Assembly: GCA_945898195.1 (NCBI GenBank)
Contig: CAMDHM010000013.1
Coordinates: 93 to 64,092 of the forward strand
Source: Pseudobacteriovorax antillogorgiicola
Lineage (GTDB): Bacteria; Bdellovibrionota_B; Oligoflexia; Oligoflexales; RGVZ01
Direction: 5' to 3'
Length of the DNA stretch: 64,000 bases
Shown here: piece after piece, positions 46,547-56,301 of the stretch
How positions within the stretch are numbered: position 1 is the first letter of the stretch
Layout: the number at the start of each line of letters is the position of its first letter
Translations under genes and position numbers: made by a program
The notes under the pieces: model-generated
What the model saw: the letters and a program-made list of their open reading frames with translations, nothing else
Told to the model about the DNA's origin: nothing
Databases searched by the model: none

Positions 46547-48145
46547 TTAAGAAGCATCAAACCCACCAAGAATCATGGACCTGACACCTTCCAGAATCAG
46601 GTAATCTTTGACCAATAAATCGCATTCCCAATTGGTCAATTTTTTAAAGCCTAGCATCACTGTCTTGGCGTGACCACCAGTAAACACGACGCGAATTTTT
46701 GAGCCAAGATGGCACCTTGCTTGCTCAAGCAGCACTTGAATGGCGCCAGCAACCATAGCCAGTTCGCCGCCCAATATCGCATCATGAGTTGATAACCCAA
46801 TGACATTGACGGAGCCGACTTTAGCGGCCTCCCGCGACAAGTCAGGCAGTGCCGGAGCCGCCACGTGCAGCGCATGCAATGACGTGGTTATTCCCGGCAT
46901 GATCACACCACCAAAATGCCGGCCCGCAAAAGTGACAAGGTCGATGGTGGTCGCAGTTCCAGCACATACCACAACCCCAATGGCGTCATCATCGCCCCGA
47001 ACCGAAGGGTCAAGTCCAGCAAGAAATCCCTCCATGGCAGCCACTCGGTCCACACCAATTTCTGTCCAGGAATAATTGCTGCGCAGCATCACCGTGCGTT
47101 TTGAAAAGGTCTGCACCCTGATCCCCGACACCAGCGCCGCATCAGAAAACATCTGAAGATTTGATGCATTGACCGAAACAGCATGGCAGATAAGTGGGAC
47201 ATCCAATTTGTGAATTGAGGCACCAAGCACCATAGCTGCCCAGTCTACCGAACCCAAATTACCAGCGACCACGCTGCATTGAACGACAGGGACCGCATCG
47301 GCTGCTGACTTCCAGACAGCGATCTTAATGCGGGAATTGCCCACATCAGCTACCATAATTGGGGGACGATTACCGGTCGCACCAACACCTAATTCACGAG
47401 AGCAGACCTGATAGAGCCAACGCCACGTCTGATCCGCACTGGTCAGCCGAAAGCTTTTCTCGCCTTTAACAGGCTTAAGAAGAAATGCCCCGCCGGAGTC
47501 AATCCCGTTGGCGATGGCGGCTTCGGTTTCGCTGAGAAAAATTTGACCCGATTCGATTCCAAATTCCTCAAAATCGCCCGACAATGAATTCGGATCGAGA
47601 ACGTTCCAATTGGCAATCATCCATGTCGCGAGTTCGCGGCCAACCGTTGCACAATCTGGAAGGGAACTTTGCTGGCGACCCAAAATTTCTTCCAGACAGA
47701 TCGTGCCCACACCGTCTGCGCCGGATAAGTGGGGGGCGGCAGACATATTCAGGCCAATTCCGACTAGGAGATCGCCAAAACTAGCCCCCGTCGAGCTGCT
47801 CTCACAAAGAATTCCGGCAAGTTTGCGCCCAGCGAATAAGACGTCATTCGGCCATTTTAAAGTTACCCGAATTCCGAAGCGATCTCGAATGAATCGAGCG
47901 ACAAGAATCGCAGCTTTCAGCGGCGCAGTTTCAAGCCCCTGCCCTGCGGTCCAAACTTGAGCCGGCAGCACCACCGTCATCATGAGATTGCCCGGCATAC
48001 TGCTCCAACCTCGACCGCGACGACCACGTCCTGCCGTCTGCATTTTGGCCATCACGGCAAAGGGTGCCGTCTGTTGGGCCGTGCACATACGCTGAGCTTC
48101 AGCAGAGGTTGAATCCACAACTTCATGGATCACGAATTCATTCAT
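46547..48145 (-). CDS. birA-coaX: Biotin-protein ligase fused to type III pantothenate kinase
   Basis: QTAGRGRRGRGW, KWPND, KLAGILCE; then DVGNSRIK, GVDR, AGTATTID, GGVIMPG, TGG. Confidence 0.92.
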   Translation of the reverse strand: MNEFVIHEVVDSTSAEAQRMCTAQQTAPFAVMAKMQTAGRGRRGRGWSSMPGNLMMTVVLPAQVWTAGQGLETAPLKAAILVARFIRDRFGIRVTLKWPNDVLFAGRKLAGILCESSSTGASFGDLLVGIGLNMSAAPHLSGADGVGTICLEEILGRQQSSLPDCATVGRELATWMIANWNVLDPNSLSGDFEEFGIESGQIFLSETEAAIANGIDSGGAFLLKPVKGEKSFRLTSADQTWRWLYQVCSRELGVGATGNRPPIMVADVGNSRIKIAVWKSAADAVPVVQCSVVAGNLGSVDWAAMVLGASIHKLDVPLICHAVSVNASNLQMFSDAALVSGIRVQTFSKRTVMLRSNYSWTEIGVDRVAAMEGFLAGLDPSVRGDDDAIGVVVCAGTATTIDLVTFAGRHFGGVIMPGITTSLHALHVAAPALPDLSREAAKVGSVNVIGLSTHDAILGGELAMVAGAIQVLLEQARCHLGSKIRVVFTGGHAKTVMLGFKKLTNWECDLLVKDYLILEGVRSMILGGFDAS

Positions 48146-48990
48146 GGATCGATACTGAATAGCAGGCTCAAGTCAGCCCAGCGGGATGAGTGAAACACCG
48201 CACTGGTTGAAATAAAATCAACGCCCGTCTCTGCAACGCGGCGCACATTTTCCAAGCGAACATTACCAGAGGCTTCGATAAGCGCACGGCCGCGCACCGT
48301 GCGAACCGCCATAGCCATTTCAGCCAAGGACATATTATCGAGCATAAGCACGTGGGCTCCGGCATCCAAGGCTTCCTGAACTTCCTCCAGGTTGCTCACC
48401 TCGACCTCCACTTTGAGGGTCGGCGGGAGGCTCTCAAGGAGGCGGGAAACCGCCGGTTTAATCCCCCCGGATGCGCGGATATGGTTTTCTTTAACAATAA
48501 CACCGTCGCACAAGCTAAATCGGTGATTTCGGGCCCCACCAATGACGGTTGCCGATTTTTCAAGGATGCGCAGGCCAGGGGTCGTCTTGCGTGTATCCAG
48601 CAATTGGGCCTTGGTTCCCTCAAGCTGATCGACAAAGGCACGAGTCATTGTGGCTATGCCGCACATCCTGGCGAATAGATTTAATGCCACACGTTCGGCT
48701 TTGAGGATCGATCGCGCGCAGCCATTAATTTTCAGTAAAACGTCACCTTTTTGCGCCAATTGGCCGTTTTTCAGGACGACTTCAATGGACAACGAAGGGT
48801 CAACGCGGCGAAATACAGCCGCCGCAATATCCACGCCGGCAATAAGGGCTGATTCCTTGGCAATGATAGTCGCAAAAGAAAGTTTATCCGCCGGAACACA
48901 AATGTCGGTCGTCCAATCACCAAAACCCCAGTCTTCCTCAAGGGCGCGGGTGATTATGGGGTCGATTTGAATGGCGTGTAAATCATGCAT
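48142..48990 (-). CDS. nadC: Nicotinate-nucleotide pyrophosphorylase
   Basis: ERVALN, DTRKTTPGLR, NHRF, KENH, EVEV, LDNM, EASG. Confidence 0.97.
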   Translation of the reverse strand: MHDLHAIQIDPIITRALEEDWGFGDWTTDICVPADKLSFATIIAKESALIAGVDIAAAVFRRVDPSLSIEVVLKNGQLAQKGDVLLKINGCARSILKAERVALNLFARMCGIATMTRAFVDQLEGTKAQLLDTRKTTPGLRILEKSATVIGGARNHRFSLCDGVIVKENHIRASGGIKPAVSRLLESLPPTLKVEVEVSNLEEVQEALDAGAHVLMLDNMSLAEMAMAVRTVRGRALIEASGNVRLENVRRVAETGVDFISTSAVFHSSRWADLSLLFSIDP

Positions 48991-49017
48991 ACGCGAGGCA
49001 CATTCACCCAGACAGCA

Positions 49018-49920
49018 TCAAATGTCAACGAGGTGCCGGGCCTTCTCTTCTGCGAGGCGACGAAGTTCAGCTGTGATGACCTCGATGGCAAGACTACGGA
49101 AATGCCGATCACAATAAGACTCGACCGCCTGACGAAGCTGCTTAGCCATATCGTCACCCAATAGCGGGGATGGCGACGACGACTGGAAAGAAGGCGCTAG
49201 AGGAGGAGGAGGCGAAGCTCCTGGCGGCGTGAAGCCGTGACCCTGATGGCCATGAGGCGGTGGCGGTGGCGGTGGCGGTGGCGGTGGCGTCAAATTAAAG
49301 AGGTCCTCGGGGGCTAAATCAAATGCCTTTTTACCCTTCCTGGCGGCATCGATAAGATCGGCTGGAAGAGGAGGCAAACCCCCAAAATCACTTTGTTTTT
49401 CTGAAGATGACCCAGGCATCTCGACGCTAAATAAATCTAGCGATGATGATGGCGCCGGTGGCGGTGGCGGTGGTGGTGGTGAGGCAGCTGCCGGGCTTGA
49501 GATCCCGACGGTTGATGCAACACGTGATAAGCCAGCTAAGTTAGAGACGATGCCAATCAGTTCGTTACTGTCAAAAGGCTTCTGAATAACCTGGGAAATT
49601 CCACACTCCAACAAGGCTGCTTCCGTCAACGAACGGTCATGCGACCCCTGCATCACAAGGATTGGCACTTTACCGGCCGCGGCAACAACCTCTTTGAGTT
49701 TAGCGGGGTCCGACCCAACACCAGGCAAATTGACGTCGAGAAGCAGCAGGGCGACCCCAGTTCCGATCTTTGACGAAGCATCAAGCCAAGATGATGCGAC
49801 TTCAATTTTCACGGCCTGGCGCGCGAGTGCGATGCGAACGACTTTTTGGATGGTATCCGAGTCGTCGGCAACAAGAATGCGTGGCACGAAATCATTGGAA
49901 GAAGGACGGTTCATAGTCAT
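49018..49920 (-). CDS. romR: RomR-like response regulator (receiver, Pro-rich linker, C-terminal helix)
   Basis: ADDSDTIQKVV receiver start; poly-Pro linker; LAIEVITAELRRL C-terminus; upstream of nadC and birA-coaX. Confidence 0.7.
   Translation of the reverse strand: MTMNRPSSNDFVPRILVADDSDTIQKVVRIALARQAVKIEVASSWLDASSKIGTGVALLLLDVNLPGVGSDPAKLKEVVAAAGKVPILVMQGSHDRSLTEAALLECGISQVIQKPFDSNELIGIVSNLAGLSRVASTVGISSPAAASPPPPPPPPAPSSSLDLFSVEMPGSSSEKQSDFGGLPPLPADLIDAARKGKKAFDLAPEDLFNLTPPPPPPPPPPPHGHQGHGFTPPGASPPPPLAPSFQSSSPSPLLGDDMAKQLRQAVESYCDRHFRSLAIEVITAELRRLAEEKARHLVDI
49256..49289. repeat. (GGCGGT)n hexamer repeat encoding poly-Pro
   Basis: Tandem hexamers; a second tract lies near 49457-49480. 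Confidence 0.85.
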
Positions 49921-49927
49921 TAAGATA

Positions 49928-50239
49928 TCAGGATACTTGGCGTTTTGCGAGATTGTCTGCGATCGCGAGCAGAACAACCTGACGCAACTGAAGGCTAGCT
50001 TGAACTGAGGCTTCGACAATCAGTGCCTGATCCTCCACCGTAAAATGTGACCCGTTGGCGCTATTGGTTTCCTTGAAACACTTGACCCGCAAGTTTTTCA
50101 GGTAAACGACCTTGCTCTCGCAAAGCCGCTTCAACGTATCGAAATCCAAGCCTTCGCCGGAAATCGGGAGAAGTAGGTCCCCCATGATCTCGCGATAGGT
50201 GGGGTAATCAAACTGGTTATGACTGCCTGTGATTTCCAC
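49928..50239 (-). CDS. Hypothetical protein
   Basis: AGGAGG RBS before GTG; 103 aa; stop 7 nt before the romR-like gene. Confidence 0.7.
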   Translation of the reverse strand: MEITGSHNQFDYPTYREIMGDLLLPISGEGLDFDTLKRLCESKVVYLKNLRVKCFKETNSANGSHFTVEDQALIVEASVQASLQLRQVVLLAIADNLAKRQVS

Positions 50240-50495
50240 GGTGGTCCTCCTGGATCCATCAGGCGAATCGGAGGCGGAGGATGAAACCTTAGGTCTGAGA
50301 TTGAAAATCTTTAAGCCAAAGTCAACTCAGAAAATAAATGCTCAAAAAATACGCAAATTAAAACTCCTGAAGCCGCGAGCTTTCCCCTCACTACTTGCCA
50401 AATGACCAACTCCTTGACCGCAACCAACACCGAGCATAAAGTCTCGGAAGATTTTACCGGTAAACCCCCCGTTCGTTGCCTTCAAGGACATCGTC

Positions 50496-51287
50496 ATGAC
50501 GATTTATTCCGGCCAAGTTCATGTCACACGCTTCAAAGTGCTTCGTCCAGAGGGCGACCTTAAAAAGCCAGTTCCATTTGCCACCATCAATGAAGCTGCC
50601 GCCAAATGGAAGTCCGTACCCCTGGTGAGTTTCCTTGAAGATGCACCGCGCAAAGGATCCACCAACATCACAGTCCGTGAGGTCACCACTGGCTGGGTAG
50701 CTCCCGAGGGCTTGGCCGCTGTGCGAGAATGGCGCGATGGTGCAGAGGAAGCCGGACAGCAGGCTGGCTTTGATTCAGGCTGGGACATCTCTATCGGAGC
50801 CGTAAACGATGGACTCCTGTTGCGGATGCGTATCGACCGCAGGCGCGTCCCTGCCCCCTTGGTTCAGGCCCTTTACAAACAACAGCTTCATGCCGAAGAA
50901 AACACCAAAGGTGGCCGCAAAAAGCGCCTTCCCCGCACTGAACGAGATGCCCTGAAGCAGCATGTCCGGGAAACTCTGATTGGTCGCGCGCTTCCCACAT
51001 TTGCCTTTGTCGACGCATTCTGGCGGGAGGCAGCTGCAGAACTCCAAGTTTTCACGACCTCAGAACCGGCCATCAAAGCTTTTGAAGAACTTTTTGCGCG
51101 GACTTTTGGTGGTCCCCTAGATGTTTCATTGATGCGCATCCAGCCGCCAATGACCGCTGCTCCAAAAGGATTTTGGGCAAATGGCAAGTCGGTTGGCGCC
51201 GATGTGGACCAATGGCTTGCGATGCTCTCGGAAACCATTCCCGCTTCAGTTGGTGTTGCTGACCTCGGGGAAAGTACAGGAGCTTGA
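50496..51287 (+). CDS. RdgC-like recombination-associated protein
   Basis: VTRFKV, TGWV, LRMRIDRRRVPA, L..RALP, F.ELF.RTF motifs. Confidence 0.65.
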   Translation: MTIYSGQVHVTRFKVLRPEGDLKKPVPFATINEAAAKWKSVPLVSFLEDAPRKGSTNITVREVTTGWVAPEGLAAVREWRDGAEEAGQQAGFDSGWDISIGAVNDGLLLRMRIDRRRVPAPLVQALYKQQLHAEENTKGGRKKRLPRTERDALKQHVRETLIGRALPTFAFVDAFWREAAAELQVFTTSEPAIKAFEELFARTFGGPLDVSLMRIQPPMTAAPKGFWANGKSVGADVDQWLAMLSETIPASVGVADLGESTGA

Positions 51288-51355
51288 TCCTGCACCCTGT
51301 CTCGTGCCAATGTGTTGGATCTTAAAATATTCGCGCCCAGCGGACGGAGCTTAAA

Positions 51356-52030
51356 GTGACGGTAACAGCGAACGGACCCCATAACGAGTCAGAGTCTAAA
51401 TCAGAAAACGGTGCAACAACCGAAACACCAGAAAACGGTGGTACCACTGACTGGGCCAAAATGAGCCCGGTTGAAATTGGCGAAAAACTATTTCAATTAC
51501 GTGACTTCACGCCAGTACCATTGATCCTTCTCATGTTCCTTGCCGCCAAGCCGACCGTTGCCTCGGCAACATTGGGTCTGCTAATCATTGCGATTGGTGA
51601 ACTGATCCGAATGTACGCGGTTTCGTTTATCGGGGGTGTCTCTCGCACCCGCACAACGAGCACCAATCATCACCTCATCACCGATGGTGCTTTCTCTATT
51701 GTGCGCAATCCGCTTTATGTCGGTAACTTTTTGATCACGTCCGGTGTTGCTGTTTACTCTGGATTGATCTGGATCGTCGTTCTGGCTGCTGCGGCCTTCG
51801 CGTTTCAGTATTATTATATCGTGAAGTACGAAGAATCTTTGCTGCTGAAAAAATTCGGAAGCGATTACGAAGACTACCTTAAAAAAATTCCAGCCTGGAT
51901 TCCCGCCAAGGTTCCTGCCTTGGATGAATTGCCCTGGCCAACCACCTTTGCGCCGGCCATCCGCAGCGAAAAAAGAACTCTAACCGCCATCGCGGTCGTC
52001 ATCGTACTGCTGCTACTCAGAGCATCCTAA
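51356..52030 (+). CDS. Isoprenylcysteine carboxyl methyltransferase-family membrane methyltransferase
   Basis: LITDGAFSIVRNPLYVGN, EE..L..KFG.DY..Y...IPAWIP. Confidence 0.88.
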   Translation: MTVTANGPHNESESKSENGATTETPENGGTTDWAKMSPVEIGEKLFQLRDFTPVPLILLMFLAAKPTVASATLGLLIIAIGELIRMYAVSFIGGVSRTRTTSTNHHLITDGAFSIVRNPLYVGNFLITSGVAVYSGLIWIVVLAAAAFAFQYYYIVKYEESLLLKKFGSDYEDYLKKIPAWIPAKVPALDELPWPTTFAPAIRSEKRTLTAIAVVIVLLLLRAS

Positions 52031-52115
52031 TTAAAGTGCCCAGTCCCGCCGCGAAAAACGCCGAGATCCAGGTTGGGGGGGCGTCGATATTTTTCTCGAC
52101 TCGCCTTAAAGATTT

Positions 52116-53048
52116 TTAAAGGGTCGTTGTTGAAAACGTAGGACTGGGTCGCCCTGACCTTGTTTGCTCGTGCAACACACGACTAAGACCTTCCTGCAAA
52201 GCGCCGGGCAAACTCTTGAGGCGAAGTGAAACGGAATCGCGAATCGCCGTTGCCACCTCGGAGGCGTCACCATCATGCCAGGCCAACAAGCGTGCCATGA
52301 TTCCTGTGGCAATCTCATGTGTCTGCCCGATAATAGGCGGCGCCATCAACAGAACTGCGTCAACGACTAAAAAAGCTGTCATGCGTGCAGAGATCAACGC
52401 AATACCGGCAGCTCCAGGAATTTTTTCTACTGCTTCGTATAATGCCTCATCGCTCAATTTGGCGATGATCGTCGCTCGCTCAAATGCGACAGCAAAACTA
52501 GCTTCATCACAAGAACCAAGACGTTTCCACATCTCGTAGTTAGTCATCAGATCGACGGAAACTATAGACAATTCAGAGGCGTGCGGGGGAACGGTCGCAC
52601 CTTTTTTTTCGACCACGATCGTGGCGTCCACACCACCATCAGGGTCATGCGAAACGCCTCCGCTAAATATCGGTGTCGATTCTTCTTTCAAAAGAAATTC
52701 GCTTACCGTCGCAGTTAATTCGATGGTTGGGAACACTTCGGCTTCCAGGCGTTTGCGTTCTTGACGCAAAACCTGAACCTTGGCACGACGCCCCATCTTA
52801 TCCAAAGCCTCTTCGGCGATGGCAAGTGATTCGAGGCGTGCCGGAGCACACCGAAAAGCCGCATGGGCACAGATTAAACCAAGTCTAGGCGAAACCCCCA
52901 GCAGCATCTGTGCCGCGGCAAGGAGTTGGTCTACCTTGTACTCGCCGTCGGGAATATCCTGCAGCAAGGATACAATTCTGGACGCCAACAGCTCGTCCGA
53001 TGGATCGGCGGCGAGCTGCTGTAACAGACTGGAAAGTCCTGGGTACAA
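52116..53048 (-). CDS. Hypothetical helical protein
   Basis: 310-aa ORF 12 nt downstream of accC. Confidence 0.6.
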   Translation of the reverse strand: MYPGLSSLLQQLAADPSDELLASRIVSLLQDIPDGEYKVDQLLAAAQMLLGVSPRLGLICAHAAFRCAPARLESLAIAEEALDKMGRRAKVQVLRQERKRLEAEVFPTIELTATVSEFLLKEESTPIFSGGVSHDPDGGVDATIVVEKKGATVPPHASELSIVSVDLMTNYEMWKRLGSCDEASFAVAFERATIIAKLSDEALYEAVEKIPGAAGIALISARMTAFLVVDAVLLMAPPIIGQTHEIATGIMARLLAWHDGDASEVATAIRDSVSLRLKSLPGALQEGLSRVLHEQTRSGRPSPTFSTTTL

Positions 53049-53060
53049 AATTTAACCGCC

Positions 53061-54416
53061 CTATGGAGCCGACTGCGAAGGCGGCTGCAGAAACGTTTCG
53101 AGAAACTTGGTCGAAAAGTCTCCCTCGATGAATTTTGGATCATCGAGAACCCTCAAATGGAACGCAATATTTGTGCGGATTCCGTCCACTTTCATTTCGC
53201 GAAGGGCACGCCGCATTCTTGCCAGCGCCTCTTCACGATCCCGTCCGTATGAAATCAATTTGGCGATCATCGAGTCATAAAGTGAAGGCACCGTGTAACC
53301 GGCATAGACCATGCTATCCACGCGAATGCCTGGCCCACCTGGCTCGTGATATGCCGTAATCTTTCCCGGCCAAGGAGCAAAAGTAGAAGGATCTTCGGCA
53401 TTGATACGGCACTCGATGGAGTGCCCAGACAACTTGGCTTCACGAACCGCAGCGGAAAGTTCATGGCCCATGGCAATCTTGATTTGCTCTTTGACGAGGT
53501 CCACACCCATGACGGATTCCGTCACTGGATGTTCCACTTGAACACGAGTGTTTACTTCCATGAAGTAGAACTGGCCGTCCTCATCCAGCAAAAACTCCAC
53601 CGTACCCAACGATTCGTAGCCAACGGTTTTCGCAAGGCTGACAGCCGTTGCCCCAATGGCATCCCGCTGTGCCTGGGTCAAAACAGGGCACGGAGCCTCT
53701 TCGATCAATTTCTGGTGGCGGCGCTGGATGGAGCAGTCACGTTCTCCTAGGTGCAGAACATTGCCATGCTCATCGGAGATCAACTGGATTTCGACGTGAC
53801 GCGGGCGGTCGCAGTAGCGTTCAATAAAACAATCAGGGTTTCCGAACCCGTTGAGGGCTTCCACCTGTGCCAATTGAAAGAGACGAAACAAATCGGCCTC
53901 GGCACGGACAATCTTCATGCCGCGACCACCACCGCCTGCGGCAGCCTTGATGATCAACGGGTAACCGATTTCCTTCGCAATCGCGTGGGCTTCGTCTTCA
54001 GTCCGCACAACACCCCGACTGCCAGGCAGCATGGGGACTCCAGCCTTCTCGGCCAACGCCCGGGCTGAAACCTTATTACCAAGAGCCTGAATGTGCTCTG
54101 GTTTCGGTCCGATAAACTTGATGCCATAGGCACGGCAGACATTGGCAAATTCATAGTTTTCCGAAAGGAATCCGTAACCAGGATGAATCGCATCAACGCC
54201 AGCCAATTCTGCTGCGCTCATGATGCTCGGAATCGAAAGGTAAGATTTTGAACTTGGCCCGGGACCGATGCAGATGCTCTCGTCGGCCAGCTTGGCATGA
54301 AGGCTATCCCGGTCGGCCGTGGAGTGCACAGCCACCGTACGTAAACCTAATTCTTGGCAGGCTCGGATGACGCGGACAGCAATCTCACCACGGTTGGCAA
54401 TCAGAACCTTTTGCAT
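53061..54416 (-). CDS. accC: Acetyl-CoA carboxylase biotin carboxylase
   Basis: KVLIANRGEIAVR, HPGYGFLSEN, GGGGRGM, ERDCSIQRRHQK, EVNTRVQVEHPVTE. Confidence 0.98.
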   Translation of the reverse strand: MQKVLIANRGEIAVRVIRACQELGLRTVAVHSTADRDSLHAKLADESICIGPGPSSKSYLSIPSIMSAAELAGVDAIHPGYGFLSENYEFANVCRAYGIKFIGPKPEHIQALGNKVSARALAEKAGVPMLPGSRGVVRTEDEAHAIAKEIGYPLIIKAAAGGGGRGMKIVRAEADLFRLFQLAQVEALNGFGNPDCFIERYCDRPRHVEIQLISDEHGNVLHLGERDCSIQRRHQKLIEEAPCPVLTQAQRDAIGATAVSLAKTVGYESLGTVEFLLDEDGQFYFMEVNTRVQVEHPVTESVMGVDLVKEQIKIAMGHELSAAVREAKLSGHSIECRINAEDPSTFAPWPGKITAYHEPGGPGIRVDSMVYAGYTVPSLYDSMIAKLISYGRDREEALARMRRALREMKVDGIRTNIAFHLRVLDDPKFIEGDFSTKFLETFLQPPSQSAP

Positions 54417-54423
54417 AGGCCGC

Positions 54424-54858
54424 CTACTCGACGATAAAAAGTGGCTGATCGAATTCCACAGGATGCTCGTTTTCCACGAGAATCTCGCGAATAACGCCAT
54501 CCATTTCGGATTCGATTTCGTTCATGAGCTTCATGGCTTCAACGATGCAAAGGACTTCGCCCTTTTTGACCCGCTGGCCGACGCTAACAAGCGCCGGACT
54601 GCCCGGCTGGGATGACCGGTAGAAAGTCCCTACAAACGGCGATTTAATCATTTTGCCAACGGCGGTCGCAGGGCGAACCGCAGCAGCGACTGGCTCGTGG
54701 TGCACTGGCGCATGGCTTACGGCAGCCACATGCATCGGAACGCCCGCCGCCGACGGAGCCTTGATGCTGATTTCAAGATTCTCGTCAGCAACACTGATTT
54801 CCTGCATCCCATGCTTGCGCATGAGTTCCATCAACTTCTCAATCTTTGCGAAGTCCAT
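54424..54858 (-). CDS. accB: Biotin carboxyl carrier protein
   Basis: SPFVGTFYR, EAMKLMNEIE. Confidence 0.97.
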   Translation of the reverse strand: MDFAKIEKLMELMRKHGMQEISVADENLEISIKAPSAAGVPMHVAAVSHAPVHHEPVAAAVRPATAVGKMIKSPFVGTFYRSSQPGSPALVSVGQRVKKGEVLCIVEAMKLMNEIESEMDGVIREILVENEHPVEFDQPLFIVE

Positions 54859-54897
54859 TTCTGCAATATCCTTAGAAGGCCCCATCGGGCCGATGGT

Positions 54898-55458
54898 TTA
54901 TCTGACTTTTTCTATGTAAGCATTGGTGCGAGTGTCGATCTTCAACAGATCTCCCTCACTGACGTGAAACGGCACGGAAACAACAAGGCCCGTTTCCAAC
55001 GTGGCCGGCTTTCCGCCGCCGCCGGATGTATCACCTTTGATGTTCGGTTGAGTCTGGGTAACCCGAAGAAGAACGAAGTTCTCAACTTCAACTGCCACCG
55101 GACGGGCATTATAAAACGTCACCATCACACTTGCGTTCTCAATGATGTAGAAACGACTGTCGCCGAGTTCTTCGCCAGTCAAGGTGTACTGATCGTAGGT
55201 TCCGCTATCCATGAAGGTGTACACGCTGCCGTCGTTGTACAGGTATTGCATGGTCCGAGTTTCGACGTCGGGAATGGCCACCTTATCGCCTGATTTGAAT
55301 GTAACTTCGAGGACTTGCGCCGTCTCGAGGTTTTTCAGTTTGGTGCGTACAAACGCCGATCCCTTTCCGGGACTCACGTGCTGAAAGTCAACGATGACCC
55401 AAGCTTTGGCGTTGTATTCGATTTTTAAACCTTTGCGGAATTCGGTCGTCGCGTACAT
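54898..55458 (-). CDS. efp: Elongation factor P
   Basis: HVSPGKGSAFVR, KGDTS.GG.KPATLETG, KIDTR. Confidence 0.97.
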   Translation of the reverse strand: MYATTEFRKGLKIEYNAKAWVIVDFQHVSPGKGSAFVRTKLKNLETAQVLEVTFKSGDKVAIPDVETRTMQYLYNDGSVYTFMDSGTYDQYTLTGEELGDSRFYIIENASVMVTFYNARPVAVEVENFVLLRVTQTQPNIKGDTSGGGGKPATLETGLVVSVPFHVSEGDLLKIDTRTNAYIEKVR

Positions 55459-55546
55459 CTCGTCCCCTGATTTCAGATGGCAATGGTTCAAGTGATGCAT
55501 TGGATGCAATTCGAGCGGCCGACTTTAACCCCGAAAAACCAGAAGT

Positions 55547-56227
55547 TCAATGGTCTTGAACCGTTGAGGTCAGGCTCTTATGCCTCAAAATCCTCAAGAG
55601 GGGCCCTCGGAACTGACCCAAGTCCGCCCAGCGCTCCCGTTGAATGCCCTGGCCAGGCTCCCTGATGTCGCGCCCCCCTGTCGCATGGATCACATCAGCC
55701 TTACCATTATTTCGAAGGCGTTCCACCATCGCGACATGCCCTTTGTAGACCAAAAGATCCCCAGGTTGAGCAACATTTGCCCCACCCACCAAGGTCAAAA
55801 AACCAAAATCCCTGGCCAGGCGCTCGGGAGATAAAGCCGCCATATCTTTGGACGTCAAATAAGGATGGGACATGCCCGCTCGCTCAAAAACGATTTGTGT
55901 AAAATGACTGCAGTCCAAACTACAGCGATTGCACTCCGGACATACAATCAGCCGACGGTTCGCCGCCGGATGTTCGCCCTCAAGGCATTCATTGCAAGTC
56001 GCGCAATCGGTCGCCGTCCCGAGCTTGGCACCGCCGTAAACATAAGAAACAGTTGCCTCCTCAAGGAGCTTCCTTGCCGAATGAACCAGATCTCGTTGCT
56101 TTCCGACCAATTTCTGGCCAACTCGGATACGAACCGTCTCCGGGCCAACCGAACTGATCGGCAAAGCGGCAAAAGCCGTCCCCAAAAAAAGCCATAACAC
56201 TATGATAACAAATGACTTTTTATTCAT
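55547..56227 (-). CDS. Secreted NlpC/P60-family protein with Cys-rich insertion
   Basis: YVYGG..LDCSHFT, QPGDLL, GHVAM, VIHA. Confidence 0.8.
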   Translation of the reverse strand: MNKKSFVIIVLWLFLGTAFAALPISSVGPETVRIRVGQKLVGKQRDLVHSARKLLEEATVSYVYGGAKLGTATDCATCNECLEGEHPAANRRLIVCPECNRCSLDCSHFTQIVFERAGMSHPYLTSKDMAALSPERLARDFGFLTLVGGANVAQPGDLLVYKGHVAMVERLRNNGKADVIHATGGRDIREPGQGIQRERWADLGQFRGPLLRILRHKSLTSTVQDH

Positions 56228-56301
56228 TGGACAAGACCCTGATAGAATTAGACAATTTTTCCGATCATACTACAGAATGACAACTGCCAGGGCGCTAGTT
56301 T

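Noticed and set aside
56241-56267. Sigma28 promoter before the DedA-lipase gene
   Set aside because: A CCGAT -10 is present but there is no correctly spaced -35
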